Notes under the pieces: generated by a model
The model's database searches: none
What the model saw: the letters and a program-made list of their open reading frames with translations, nothing else
What the model was told of the DNA's origin: nothing
Part shown: piece by piece, positions 1 to 10,326 of the stretch
How positions within the stretch are numbered: position 1 is the first letter of the stretch
Layout: the number at the start of each line of letters is the position of its first letter
Position numbers and translations under genes: made by a program
Virus record (IMG/VR): IMGVR_UViG_3300037722_001090
Source: a virus
Lineage: Duplodnaviria; Caudoviricetes
Reading direction: 5' to 3' (one strand)
DNA: 64,000 nucleotides

Positions 1-702
1 ATCTTTTCGGCTACGTTTCCATCCGCGACCTTTACTGTTATGATAATGTATACAGTCCCAATCAGTATAGGCCATTTCTACAAACTTAGCACGACTGCGA
101 TTATATTTAATATTCATACCATAAAAATCTTCGTCGCATTCAAGGTCATTTATAAAACCAATAGAAGACCTGGCTTCCATTCCAAATCCACCATGATCAC
201 CATCATATTTATGCCAGTGACCATTACGTCGACCAGTACGAGTACCTGGCCGATAGTTGCGATAGCTGTAATTTTGCCATGTAGACTTATCATCAAGACG
301 AATCTTTTGAGCATCTTTCCATAAATCTTTAGCATTAATAATACGACCTAATGAATCAGTTACCCTAAGTGTATGAGGCGTAAACTTAGGTTCAATCCAT
401 ACGTGATAATACTCCATTTCATGGTCCCACGTATTATCTTCTTCATTGAATACAATTTTACCAGTAGGTCTTGTGCGACGATCCCAATGGCCTTTAAAGT
501 AAATACCATCATTATCATTATGGCTATAATTTCTAGCAAATGACTTAAAGTCAGCATACAAGGATCTATCACTATAATACCACTCACGTCTTACGGGTTT
601 TTCTGTAAACCAATACTGCTTAATATGCTTTAGTATTTCAACATAAGTACTTGTTTTCTTGTTTTTACAAATACCATATTTAACTTGTTCAATTTGTTTC
701 AT
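1..702 (-). CDS. hypothetical protein, runs off the window start
   Basis: Open frame from ATG at 702 (MKQIEQVKYGIC) to position 1 with no stop; absent from the ORF track. Confidence 0.75.
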   Translation of the reverse strand, partial: MKQIEQVKYGICKNKKTSTYVEILKHIKQYWFTEKPVRREWYYSDRSLYADFKSFARNYSHNDNDGIYFKGHWDRRTRPTGKIVFNEEDNTWDHEMEYYHVWIEPKFTPHTLRVTDSLGRIINAKDLWKDAQKIRLDDKSTWQNYSYRNYRPGTRTGRRNGHWHKYDGDHGGFGMEARSSIGFINDLECDEDFYGMNIKYNRSRAKFVEMAYTDWDCIHYHNSKGRGWKRSRKD

Positions 703-976
703 AATTCCTCCAATAAGTTAGTATAAACCACACTTATTGTTTACTAATTATGAAACCTTTAATAAAATACATAGTAATCTCCTGAGAAATTATTTAGTCC
801 ACCGAATCCATGCAATTTTAGCATTACGATATAGTCTTTTAATGGGATACTTACCCCAAAGTTCAGGGTTACATTTTACCATTTGATCAACATCCTTACG
901 GATGCGTTTTACTCTTGTTCCGCGCATTTTATTTATACCTTTCAGTTATAGTATTTTATTTTAATGTATTTTTTAT

Positions 977-1067
977 TGGTGATCCGTAAAGGTGTCGATC
1001 CTTTCCGAGGGCTCTTATCTGGAGCTAAGAGTGTATAAAACTCTCCCGCACGCCGGTGCTACGGACC
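977..1067 (-). tRNA. atypical tRNA-like gene (UUA loop, short D arm, long variable arm)
   Basis: Acceptor GGTCCGT/ACGGATC-A-CCA; anticodon arm GAGAG-TTTTATA-CACTC; T arm AAAGG-ATCGACA-CCTTT. Confidence 0.6.
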
Positions 1068-1068
1068 A

Positions 1069-1145
1069 TGGAGACGTGAGTCGGATTCGAACCGACGAAT
1101 AACAGCTTTGCAGGCTGCCCCCTTAAGCCACTTGGGTATCACGTC
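1069..1145 (-). tRNA. tRNA-Cys(GCA)
   Basis: Cloverleaf, loop CTGCAAA, TTCGAAT, U73, CCA. Confidence 0.92.
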
Positions 1146-1152
1146 TTTTATT

Positions 1153-1446
1153 TCAGCTCCATGTTAATGCATCAGTCATTAACGGAGGATCAGTTTTCAT
1201 GCGATAAGCACTTATATGAGGAGTAACTTTCCCAGTTATATCATAATAAGATCCATTGATTTCCGTAATAACATGTCCTGGTGTGTCGTACCATGGATCA
1301 GCTTCCGGGAATATAGTCTTTAAAATCAAATAGAACTGAAAACACCTACCAGTTGTAAATGTTTCAACTGAATTATAAAACGAATTACGAATCGCATTAA
1401 TAACTTCTAGTGGGTCTGGTTTATATTCACTCATTTTATGTGGCAA
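1153..1446 (-). CDS. hypothetical protein
   Basis: 97-aa ORF in the coding-strand orientation. Confidence 0.65.
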   Translation of the reverse strand: MPHKMSEYKPDPLEVINAIRNSFYNSVETFTTGRCFQFYLILKTIFPEADPWYDTPGHVITEINGSYYDITGKVTPHISAYRMKTDPPLMTDALTWS

Positions 1447-1757
1447 TCCTTAGCTCCACAACCTTCTTCAGATTGCAAGCGCATACCTTCTTCATCAAGG
1501 AGAGTAAGAGGTGCAAGTCGTCCATCAGAAAGAACTTCAAAGTAATTACCATGTTCAGGATGATCTGGACCAGGAACAAATAGTGTTATCTCACTATATG
1601 GATTAGTATTATCATCAAGGATCCAAGGAGCATAAGGATAAATAAACTTCATACCAATACCAGTTACAATAATCAAAGCAATAATAGCAAAGAAGTACTT
1701 CATACCATAAAGTTGCTCTTTAATATCTGACATATTACTTATCTCTACGTTTAGCAT
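1431..1757 (-). CDS. hypothetical membrane protein
   Basis: N-terminal hydrophobic segment; true start probably about 1733. Confidence 0.6.
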   Translation of the reverse strand: MLNVEISNMSDIKEQLYGMKYFFAIIALIIVTGIGMKFIYPYAPWILDDNTNPYSEITLFVPGPDHPEHGNYFEVLSDGRLAPLTLLDEEGMRLQSEEGCGAKDCHIK

Positions 1758-2007
1758 TTACTTTACGTCGATTTTTTTCTTTTGCACGATTCTTAGCTTT
1801 GCGCTTAGCCATCATAGATTGCTTGTTCATTTCCGTATTCATCATACGGATAAGTTTTTCATATTGTTCTTTAGTTAGCTGAGGAGTAGATTCTTCTGCA
1901 GCAACAACGGGAGTATGTTCAGTCATAATAAATCTCGAGTTATAAGTTAATGTAAATGTAGGTTCTAGTCCAATACAGCAATCATTATTACTATAATTAA
2001 TAGACAT
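1735..2007 (-). CDS. hypothetical basic protein
   Basis: Lys/Arg-rich C-terminus; true start may be MTEHTP. Confidence 0.55.
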   Translation of the reverse strand: MSINYSNNDCCIGLEPTFTLTYNSRFIMTEHTPVVAAEESTPQLTKEQYEKLIRMMNTEMNKQSMMAKRKAKNRAKEKNRRKVNAKRRDK

Positions 2008-2009
2008 AA

Positions 2010-2585
2010 TTAATGTGCTGCTAGTCCATAAGCTGGACCAAATTCTTTATGTGCATTATCGTCCAGCTTCATGTGACATTTCATTGTAAGGGCAAGAAGA
2101 ACAATCATGTCTTCTTCTGAAACAGGAGTAAGATTACGAACATCAACACCTGCATTAACACAGTTATTCATCTTTTCGAACTGCTGATGTAGATGACCGC
2201 ACACCCAAGGAACACTAAGGTCAACAATACAGCAGCTAGGATCATGGGCAAGTCCGACTGGACCAATACTAGGTATATTAAGAAACAAATAACGCTGAAC
2301 ACTATCAAACCCTGCCCTGATATAATCAGACCAAGTATGTTCAGCATCATGATTCCCAAGGATTAACATGTGTCGCCCATTAAGTTGCTTAAGGATTAAT
2401 TCTACTCTTTCTAGGCTACCAAAACAAAAATCTCCAATATGATATACAGTATCGGAATTTTTTACAACAGAATTGTTATTATCTATTAATGCTTTGTTCA
2501 TTTGCATAACATTAGCAAAAGGCCTTTTAGCATATCTACGAATATTATCATGAAAATAATGCTCATCAGCTGTATAATAATTCAT
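2010..2585 (-). CDS. calcineurin-like metallophosphoesterase
   Basis: Motifs ADEH, GD (YHIGDF), GNHD and GHLH. Confidence 0.88.
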   Translation of the reverse strand: MNYYTADEHYFHDNIRRYAKRPFANVMQMNKALIDNNNSVVKNSDTVYHIGDFCFGSLERVELILKQLNGRHMLILGNHDAEHTWSDYIRAGFDSVQRYLFLNIPSIGPVGLAHDPSCCIVDLSVPWVCGHLHQQFEKMNNCVNAGVDVRNLTPVSEEDMIVLLALTMKCHMKLDDNAHKEFGPAYGLAAH

Positions 2586-2625
2586 TTACCATCCATGTTT
2601 ATCATGACCAAAATTAATAGTCATG

Positions 2626-2635
2626 GTTATTAACA
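2626..2635 (+). promoter_or_regulatory. GTTATTAACA motif before homing endonuclease
   Basis: Recurs upstream of all eight endonuclease genes. Confidence 0.65.
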
Positions 2636-2665
2636 AGTATAAATACTATAAAAGGAGTATTATAC

Positions 2666-3346
2666 ATGTTTTATAATTATATATTTTTAGATCCTAGAAA
2701 GCCAGGTAAATATTTATATGAAAATTTTAGTCTTCTTTATGAACCATTTTATGTCGGAAAAGGCAAAAAAGATAGATATAAAACTCACTTACGCAAAATA
2801 AGGCAATTTCAAAAAGATTCAAATAAAGAAAAACAAAAAACTATTCTTGACATATGGTCCTCTAATTTAGAAGTATTAATTATCCTACTTAATTTTACAG
2901 ATAATGAAAAATTAGCATATAAAAACGAATCTAATATTATTAAAGATATAGGTTCATTATATAATGGAGGACCACTAACAAATTTAGTAGTTTCTTATCC
3001 ATTCAATGCTTCGCCAGAATTACGTAAAACATATGGAAGATCCGGAAACAAACATCATCTTTACAATAAAGGGCATTCAGAAGAAGCCAAAAAGAAAATA
3101 TCTGACAATCATGCTGATTTCTCAGGATCTAAAAATGGTAGAGCTAAAAAATGGAAACTAACTAGTCCAAATAAGATAGAACATATTATTTGTGGTGAAC
3201 TTATTGAGTTTTGTAGAGATAATAAGTTATCTATTTACAAGCTCAAAAAAAACATAGGCAATATAGTTACACAGCAAATAAGCTCCAGAAGAGTTAAGGT
3301 CAAGCCTATTGAACCAACCACAGGATGGAAACTAGATAGAATCTAG
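2666..3346 (+). CDS. freestanding homing endonuclease (GIY-YIG-like, NUMOD3-type repeat)
   Basis: YNYIFLDP...FYVGKG; HSEEAKKKIS repeat; antisense to neighbouring genes. Confidence 0.8.
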   Translation: MFYNYIFLDPRKPGKYLYENFSLLYEPFYVGKGKKDRYKTHLRKIRQFQKDSNKEKQKTILDIWSSNLEVLIILLNFTDNEKLAYKNESNIIKDIGSLYNGGPLTNLVVSYPFNASPELRKTYGRSGNKHHLYNKGHSEEAKKKISDNHADFSGSKNGRAKKWKLTSPNKIEHIICGELIEFCRDNKLSIYKLKKNIGNIVTQQISSRRVKVKPIEPTTGWKLDRI

Positions 3347-3349
3347 CCA

Positions 3350-3868
3350 TTAGAAGTGATTCCTATTCGTAGGTAGTGACTGAACATGCTTTACTCTGTC
3401 TTTAGCAGCCTGTAGAACTGAAGTTAAGTCATTATATTGCTTAACTCCATAGCGCTCACAAACAATATCAACATTGCCTTTACGCCAAAATCCTTCAGGA
3501 CAACAAACCATAAGTTTATCAGCATGAGAATTAGCATAAAGACCAAGTTCTAATAGGCTGATAGGAGATTTAGTATCTTTATCAAAATACAATATAATAA
3601 TATCTGCCTTTTCAAGAGCAGTTAATTCCCAAGTAACCTGAGAAACAAATTCATTATTACTTTTATCTTGTTTCCAGCTAGAATCCCAATTATCACGTCG
3701 TGGGTTAAATATATTTATATTCTCATCACAAAAAAACTGTACAGCAATTCCTTGCCAGTATATTGCCGTGCCCATTTCAATAGATCCAGCCAAGAAAATA
3801 CTAAAAGTTCCACGAGAGCCATACTTTGGATAATCAGGCAAAGGCATTGGTGCTTTAAATTCTTTCAT
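3350..3868 (-). CDS. nucleoside 2-deoxyribosyltransferase-like protein
   Basis: IFLAGSI, NPRR, WEL..LEKAD, SPISLLELG. Confidence 0.82.
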   Translation of the reverse strand: MKEFKAPMPLPDYPKYGSRGTFSIFLAGSIEMGTAIYWQGIAVQFFCDENINIFNPRRDNWDSSWKQDKSNNEFVSQVTWELTALEKADIIILYFDKDTKSPISLLELGLYANSHADKLMVCCPEGFWRKGNVDIVCERYGVKQYNDLTSVLQAAKDRVKHVQSLPTNRNHF

Positions 3869-4051
3869 AACTATACTTTCCTTACATTACGAGCAATGAA
3901 GACATTAGATGTTCCATCAGTCTCTAATACATGCCATCCTTGTGTATTTTTACAAAGATAGGTATAGGAACTCACCGTTGACCAATGAATCCCCATACCT
4001 ACAATCTCTGTACCCCAAATGACCCTATCGCCATATTTGAAGTCATCCATA

Positions 4052-4729
4052 TTAACGACTTAGTGCAGCTTTATATCCACGAACCTGCATTTCAGTAACA
4101 GTATAACCAGCAGCACGAAGCTCACTAGCTACCTGTGCGGACTTTTTACCTTGGCGAAGCTTATAATGGACAGCTTCTTTAAGGCTCATACTTCCAACTT
4201 TAATTGTAGCAGGTTTAACAGCAGGCTTAGTTGCAGCTTGAGTTACAGGAGCAGGCTTAAGAGATCCATTTGCCTTTACAATAGTAGCTTTTACTTTTTC
4301 AGAAAGCTCACGAGCTGCTTTTGCAATAACATCTTCAGTCTTTTCCGTTTTAGTTCCCCAGCAGTCATCATGATCGCTACATTCTGCACAATCAGGACCT
4401 TCTTCTAGTTCGTCACCGGACTCTTCATTTTCTACTTCTTTCGCTTCCGTAAGGAAGTATTCACGGAATACTGCACCATTAATATTTACATTACGGAAAG
4501 TAATATACATATCTTTACCGTCAATATCAGCAGTCATACCAGCAAACGTACAGATATTATATACATCTGACATTAGTTTACTAACGATTTCCTGAGTAGC
4601 ATAATACCCAGTTGTGCGAAGATAGTTTTTAACTTCAAGAGAAGTCACTTTCCCTGCATCAAGCATTGCCCAGTTCATGATAATTCCGACAACATCTGCA
4701 CTTACTACTTTTTTACCAATTGCGCTCAT
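4052..4729 (-). CDS. hypothetical protein
   Basis: 225-aa ORF with an acidic linker and possible C-terminal HTH. Confidence 0.7.
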   Translation of the reverse strand: MSAIGKKVVSADVVGIIMNWAMLDAGKVTSLEVKNYLRTTGYYATQEIVSKLMSDVYNICTFAGMTADIDGKDMYITFRNVNINGAVFREYFLTEAKEVENEESGDELEEGPDCAECSDHDDCWGTKTEKTEDVIAKAARELSEKVKATIVKANGSLKPAPVTQAATKPAVKPATIKVGSMSLKEAVHYKLRQGKKSAQVASELRAAGYTVTEMQVRGYKAALSR

Positions 4730-4734
4730 AGTTC

Positions 4735-5925
4735 TTATCCTTTTAATTGTATTAGAAATTTAATAGTACTTTGATCTTGATTATAGGTAATATATTCATT
4801 ATTGATTAAATCAACACCGCCTTTAGCAAATAGAGAATCATAATCTCCTTTTACTTTAAGCTGAGTTTCATTAAGGCTACCCATCCAAGATTCTCTTCTT
4901 TGGACATCTAGGCTATTGCCAAGATGAACGTCAAACAAAGCCATGATAGCTTCATCTGCACTGCCATTGGCCCAATATGAGCCTCTTCCAGATGTATATC
5001 CATATGATTTTCTTGCTTTATCGGCAAAATAAGTACCATATCCGAACATCTTACCAGAAATAACAGCATTTGTAGGTCTTAGAACAAGACCTGTTTCCAT
5101 AATAGATAGCCAGTTTTCATTACGGCTACCATGGAAAAACATTTCTGTTCTTTTATTTTTTGATTTAGCTACCCAATCATCAAATCGTTTTTGTGTTTTA
5201 TGATTTGTAATACTAAATGCATTATGGAACTTACCTTCAATATCTCCTAGTTTCCCACGAATAGCATTGCGATCAATATCACTAACATTTGACAAGCTTA
5301 GACCCATAGCATCAAGAATAGTTAATTTATCATCAACATTCTCACGCGTAAGTACCGCTTGTTTAACCTGAGAAGACATTGTATCGAGTAGTGCCTGCTC
5401 TCTTACTAGAAGAGGATTAAGTTTATCTGGAGAAAACTCTTTAAGTAGATAATCTTTTACATTACTCATTATGCGAGGAATAACCTGATAAAGATCAATA
5501 AGTAGCTTATTCGTCTCAGGTAAGTCATCAGCTTTCATTAAGGCATTCAGCAATGATTGAGCTTCCTCAACCTGTTTTTGCGTAACAGCACTTGCTGACA
5601 CATTATAAAATGCTGCAACCTCTTTACGTGCATATGCCTGTAGTCCAGCAATAAATCGACTAATAGCAATATCACTAATATCTTGAAAGTCAACTATTTC
5701 ACTAGTGTCTTCAATACATAGGTTAGTAATGTCTTTATATCCTTTAGCTATCTTCTCTCTATAAGTCTTTTCCCACCTACTATTAGGGTAAGTCTTTTTT
5801 TGACTACTAGCACCAACACGACCGAACTCAGCAAGGAAACTTCCATCTCCAGAGTCAGTCATATTATAATATTTATTATTATTTGCATCACCAGTAACCA
5901 TCATTAATTTAATCATTTTAGCCAT
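4735..5925 (-). CDS. WGR-domain poly(ADP-ribose) polymerase-like protein
   Basis: N-terminal NNNKYY..EFGRVG; catalytic FHGS, GKMFGYGTYFA, KSYGY, NEYITY; start set at MAKMIKLM. Confidence 0.88.
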   Translation of the reverse strand: MAKMIKLMMVTGDANNNKYYNMTDSGDGSFLAEFGRVGASSQKKTYPNSRWEKTYREKIAKGYKDITNLCIEDTSEIVDFQDISDIAISRFIAGLQAYARKEVAAFYNVSASAVTQKQVEEAQSLLNALMKADDLPETNKLLIDLYQVIPRIMSNVKDYLLKEFSPDKLNPLLVREQALLDTMSSQVKQAVLTRENVDDKLTILDAMGLSLSNVSDIDRNAIRGKLGDIEGKFHNAFSITNHKTQKRFDDWVAKSKNKRTEMFFHGSRNENWLSIMETGLVLRPTNAVISGKMFGYGTYFADKARKSYGYTSGRGSYWANGSADEAIMALFDVHLGNSLDVQRRESWMGSLNETQLKVKGDYDSLFAKGGVDLINNEYITYNQDQSTIKFLIQLKG

Positions 5926-5946
5926 ATATTTACCTTTAAAATAAGC

Positions 5947-6033
5947 TGGAGGAGAGTACTGGACTTGAACCAGTAGAGCTTTTAAGCCCCGACTGTTTAG
6001 CAAACAGCTTCCCTACCATTAGGCGAACTCTCC
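5947..6033 (-). tRNA. tRNA-Ser(GCT)
   Basis: Loop TTGCTAA, long variable arm, CCA. Confidence 0.92.
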
Positions 6034-6039
6034 ATTCCA

Positions 6040-7164
6040 CTACTTAAATAAAAATTTAACAATCGTATCAGCACTATTGCGCCATACTTTTTCTAATATA
6101 TCTTTAGACTGAAACTGACCATGTTCTTTACGTAAGCTAAATATAATACCAGTAAAAGGAGTTTTAACTGGCGTATCTTTAGTTACAAAAATAGCAAAAG
6201 ATTTTTGATCTTCATACACCTGAGAAAACGACCAAACAAAGTACAAATCAAGATATGCCATTTGCATCTTAGCTTTAACTTCAGCCATTATATCTGCTAC
6301 TTCAGGAAAATAAGTAAGAACTTCATCTTCTTCGCCTGCAAGAATAAAAGGAATAATATTTTTAGGAAGAAAAATATTATCATTACCCTTAAGCTGATGT
6401 AGCGCAACGTATGTTTTGCTTTTAATTTTCATTCGCAAACCATTTACATCACGAACAACGATACCTTCAAAAGTAGGATCCGACTCTTCTTTCTCATTCA
6501 GAAAAGCAATAACCTCATCAGTATCTTTAAATTTATGAGATTCTGGTCTTTTAAAGTTATGTACTTTTGCGATTACATCGCATAGCCTTGTACTAAATTC
6601 AAGAAGCAATTCATCATATATATGAAATATAGTCAGTAAAATTGCTTTAGATTCAGGATATAGTCGAACTATTTTATTCCATATAGAACAAAACTCAAAT
6701 ACAAGACAAATATCATCCGCAGCCGTAATCTCGTCTGCAGTTTTACCAAGAGCTTCCCAAAAAAATTCAGCCCAAGTCTTACCGCATTCATGAATATTAT
6801 ATTCAGCAAAAGAACCACGAGTATTTACTCTCCAAGTTCCATTATAGTTATATAGAAGAATCAAAGATCCATCTTCTTTATCAAGAGCAGTAGATCCTTC
6901 CCAAACAAATTTATTAGTAATTTCAAGAGCTTCACCGGCATTAAAGAAGCGATTAAAAGCTTTAGCTACAACTTTCCATGTATCTATCTCAAGGACAAGT
7001 CCACGACATTCCATAACAATTGGAAGCATTTTTTGAGATTCAATTTGGTCATAATTAAGGATAACTAAAGGATCTACTGGATGCTTAACCACTTTAATTC
7101 CAAAATGAACAGTAAGGTCTTCCAAAGTCTTACCGTTAAGCAAATATTCTTGTACATGTAACAT
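6040..7164 (-). CDS. T4 Rnl1-like RNA ligase
   Basis: KEDGSLI motif I, FEGIVVRD and KIKS motifs. Confidence 0.85.
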   Translation of the reverse strand: MLHVQEYLLNGKTLEDLTVHFGIKVVKHPVDPLVILNYDQIESQKMLPIVMECRGLVLEIDTWKVVAKAFNRFFNAGEALEITNKFVWEGSTALDKEDGSLILLYNYNGTWRVNTRGSFAEYNIHECGKTWAEFFWEALGKTADEITAADDICLVFEFCSIWNKIVRLYPESKAILLTIFHIYDELLLEFSTRLCDVIAKVHNFKRPESHKFKDTDEVIAFLNEKEESDPTFEGIVVRDVNGLRMKIKSKTYVALHQLKGNDNIFLPKNIIPFILAGEEDEVLTYFPEVADIMAEVKAKMQMAYLDLYFVWSFSQVYEDQKSFAIFVTKDTPVKTPFTGIIFSLRKEHGQFQSKDILEKVWRNSADTIVKFLFK

Positions 7165-7318
7165 AATTAGTCCCTTAAAATCTGAATGTAGCACAAATAT
7201 TAATACCTGCAGCAAAAATCCAATAAAGAGACATCCTAATATCTCCTTTTATCAAATACGTAATACTAGCTATAGTCATTAATGTTATGATAATTAAAGG
7301 AAAGATCTTTTCCATAAG

Positions 7319-7846
7319 TTAAATTACTTTCAAAAACCTACTGACAAGTTCCATATCATCAAACACATCATTGCCTGCAGAGTTATTTCGTATTACATAA
7401 GCAGGATGCCATGTAGCCATTAATGGAACACCTTGGTATGAATGCCATTTACCTCGCAATACAGAAATAGCATTACTTTTACCACTTAAGAACTGAGCAG
7501 CAAACTTACCAAGTGTAATAATGACCTTAGGTTTAACCTCTGCTATTTGACTAATAAGGTAAGGAGTACAGGCAGATATTTCATCAGGCTCAGGATTTCT
7601 ATTGCTAGGAGGTCTACATTTACAAATATTAGCAATATAAACATCTTCTCTCTTAACACCAAGAACTTTAATATATTTATCTAACATCTTACCTGATTGC
7701 CCACAGAAAGGCACACCAGTAGCATCCTCAGTAGCCCCAGGAGCCTCTCCAACGAACATAATGTCAGCAGTAATACTACCGCTACCAATTACAATATTAG
7801 TTCGTGTGTTATGAAGTTTACATTTCTTACAGTCTGTAATTATCAT
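7319..7846 (-). CDS. uracil-DNA glycosylase, family 4
   Basis: CKKC, VGEAPG, CRPPSNR, TWHPAY. Confidence 0.93.
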   Translation of the reverse strand: MIITDCKKCKLHNTRTNIVIGSGSITADIMFVGEAPGATEDATGVPFCGQSGKMLDKYIKVLGVKREDVYIANICKCRPPSNRNPEPDEISACTPYLISQIAEVKPKVIITLGKFAAQFLSGKSNAISVLRGKWHSYQGVPLMATWHPAYVIRNNSAGNDVFDDMELVSRFLKVI

Positions 7847-7850
7847 CTTA

Positions 7851-8132
7851 TCACCACCTAAAGCAAATACTAGTATATGGATCTCTTTGATCACCATGTG
7901 AAACTTCTACTGTATATCCATCTACTTTAAGTAATGTTTTTACAAGTGCTTCCTGAGTATAACTTAAACGGATAGGATTAGTTCCTGTAGTAGCCCAACT
8001 GCCAAGCGAAATACTGGTTTTACCGGCTTTAGCAGCATCTATAATTCTATCATTAAGCCATTCCATGAATAGCTTTATATTATTATTATCTACATTTTTT
8101 GATAATTCTTTAGCCATAGATGCTTTAATCAT
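7851..8132 (-). CDS. hypothetical protein
   Basis: ORF from MIKASMAKE with an AGGA RBS. Confidence 0.6.
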   Translation of the reverse strand: MIKASMAKELSKNVDNNNIKLFMEWLNDRIIDAAKAGKTSISLGSWATTGTNPIRLSYTQEALVKTLLKVDGYTVEVSHGDQRDPYTSICFRW

Positions 8133-8148
8133 GTCCTTCTCCAATATT

Positions 8149-9579
8149 TTACAGTTTATTTTTATCAAATACAGGACGTAGACTTTCAACCCTAGGACAA
8201 GACATAACTCCTTCATCCTTAGTGAATTCTTGGCTTGTACAAATAACAATGCGATTCATAAAAGAGTCAGGATCAGCAGCAAACTCAAGCTTAAATGCTC
8301 TAGTCAACAATTTACCAGTACCAACGCCCGATCTCTTAAGTTCGCCTCTGTCATTAATATACTCAACAATAAGCCTCCCAAGCATAGGAGGATATGGAGT
8401 ACCATCAGTCTTATAAGATGTTTTAGCTACTTCCCAACCTACAATCTTACAGTCAACAGGTTCAGTTTTACATTTAATCTTGATCTGACTATTGTCTTTA
8501 GTAAATCCATACTTGCCATTACCAGCCTTAAGGACAATACCCTCTTTACCTTCAGAGATAAGCTTATTGGCAATAACATAAGCTTCTGCTTTATTGGAAA
8601 CCTTCTCACCAACAACAATAGCAAGTCTTTGGTTATTTATAATCATTGGCTGGACAGTAGTGAGTAGATACTCTCTTCTAACATCATATTCATCAGGAAT
8701 TGATTCAGAATCAAACTCATCTCTATCAAGAATTTCAAAGATTTTTACTTTAATTCTAGAGGCAATATCTTCCATCTCAGCTTTACGCTTAAGATATTTA
8801 GCCCAGCCAGAGCCAACCTTGCCAGTTTTACCTTTAAAATCATTTTCAGTTTTAGTAAAATCAAAACCAGAAAAAGATTGAATTTCTTCTAGATTATCAT
8901 CACATTCTACTTCACAATCTACAACTTTATTCTTAAGATTAAGTTTCTCGATAAAAGTATTTAGAAAACTAAAGTTTTCAATAGGCAAACCAGATCTTCC
9001 AATAGGAGACTTTAGTTCACAGAATGGAGTTCTATCAATCCTACCATCAGTATCAGTATACCAAAAAGTCCTGAAGCCATTAATCTTATGTCCAGGATAT
9101 GCCCCTCTTGTATAATCCATCTTATCAATAGATGCTTCAGATTTAGCACCAGAACAATTAAAGTCAAGGATTAACTTTTCTTCAAATGCAGCATTAACAA
9201 TAGCACCACCAATACCAATACTGGCAAGATCTTTCTGAAGACATTTAACATACCATTTCTTTTCATAATTAGTACAAGTAATAAGAAAGTTATTAATTGC
9301 ACCAAGAGCATTATGTCCAGTGAGAGATCTATTTCTAAGGCTATTAGTTAATATTACAAAATTATCCCACGTACTAAGACCCATTTTCCCAAGATAAGTT
9401 TCATTATCTACAGGTTTAATCTCTTTAATGCCAAACGTAACACGATCATCCATCGCCAAATAAAGAAACTCTTTAAGATGAGCAGTTTCTGCATTATCTT
9501 TCAAGAGCTTTTTTTTATCATTAGTTCCAGTTGTTTTTTCTAACTCTTCAAGTATACGAATAAACGGATTTCTTAGCAT
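8149..9579 (-). CDS. ATP-dependent DNA ligase
   Basis: HKINGFR (KxNG), VDCEV, EGIVLK, KIKCK, SCPRV; T4-like N-terminal domain. Confidence 0.85.
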   Translation of the reverse strand: MLRNPFIRILEELEKTTGTNDKKKLLKDNAETAHLKEFLYLAMDDRVTFGIKEIKPVDNETYLGKMGLSTWDNFVILTNSLRNRSLTGHNALGAINNFLITCTNYEKKWYVKCLQKDLASIGIGGAIVNAAFEEKLILDFNCSGAKSEASIDKMDYTRGAYPGHKINGFRTFWYTDTDGRIDRTPFCELKSPIGRSGLPIENFSFLNTFIEKLNLKNKVVDCEVECDDNLEEIQSFSGFDFTKTENDFKGKTGKVGSGWAKYLKRKAEMEDIASRIKVKIFEILDRDEFDSESIPDEYDVRREYLLTTVQPMIINNQRLAIVVGEKVSNKAEAYVIANKLISEGKEGIVLKAGNGKYGFTKDNSQIKIKCKTEPVDCKIVGWEVAKTSYKTDGTPYPPMLGRLIVEYINDRGELKRSGVGTGKLLTRAFKLEFAADPDSFMNRIVICTSQEFTKDEGVMSCPRVESLRPVFDKNKL

Positions 9580-9603
9580 ATAAATAATTCCTTATGTTTT
9601 TAA

Positions 9604-9689
9604 TAGTAGCCGGAGAGAGACTCGAACTCTCAATCCGCAAGGGCAAGGGATTTTAAGTCCCTCGTGTATCGCCATTCCACCACCCGGCC
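9604..9689 (-). tRNA. tRNA-Leu(TAA)
   Basis: AGGGA-CTTAAAA-TCCCT, long variable arm; CCA not encoded. Confidence 0.9.
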
Positions 9690-9696
9690 ATTGTAT

Positions 9697-10086
9697 TTAA
9701 ACTCTATAGACAAATACTTTTAACCCAAGAGCTTTAGCATTTGCAATCATATTTTTTGTACCAGGACTAACACCATCCCAAATAGCAATAAGCGCTTCAG
9801 CATTTTCAGCCATCAACTTATTACGCCTAAGTCCAGCATAAGCATCATACTTTTTACCGAATTTATTAACTTTAACTCTAGCATCAGGATGATTAATATC
9901 ATCCCATTTAGCAGGATAAGGATCAACTACTACGTTATTCTCCTTTGCCCATACTTCACCAAGTGTATCAACTCCAGGTGCACGGCCACTAACTACGCAT
10001 GAAACATCAAAACCTGAAGCCTTAATAGCCTCTCTAATAGCATCTAAGCTTACAATACTTCTACTTCCAGCGATAATAGTCTTCAT
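9697..10086 (-). CDS. SLOG/YspA-like (DUF2493) protein
   Basis: IAGSR, SGRAPGVD, AGLRRN, WDGVSPGT. Confidence 0.82.
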   Translation of the reverse strand: MKTIIAGSRSIVSLDAIREAIKASGFDVSCVVSGRAPGVDTLGEVWAKENNVVVDPYPAKWDDINHPDARVKVNKFGKKYDAYAGLRRNKLMAENAEALIAIWDGVSPGTKNMIANAKALGLKVFVYRV

Positions 10087-10301
10087 TAATCCTCCATCAT
10101 TACTTTAAGATCAGCATCACAATATTTACACTCTTCAGCAGCTTTATGCCAAACAACTTCCCATCTACCTTTATTTTTAGGTAGAATATGAGCATTGTTA
10201 CCAGCATCTATTTGTGTTCTTTTAATTACAAGTGCTAGCATTTCACTTTTAACGTTAGCTCTAAGGTGAATGACCTTGGCTTTAGGTAGTTCAATATCCA
10301 T
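10086..10301 (-). CDS. hypothetical protein
   Basis: 71-aa ORF translationally coupled to the next gene. Confidence 0.6.
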   Translation of the reverse strand: MDIELPKAKVIHLRANVKSEMLALVIKRTQIDAGNNAHILPKNKGRWEVVWHKAAEECKYCDADLKVMMED

Positions 10302-10326
10302 ATTTTTATTCCTATAGAGTTTAAAA

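Noticed and set aside
2638-2645. T4-type late promoter TATAAATA
   Set aside because: It is seen at only one endonuclease in AT-rich DNA; GTTAWTAACA is the recurring signal.
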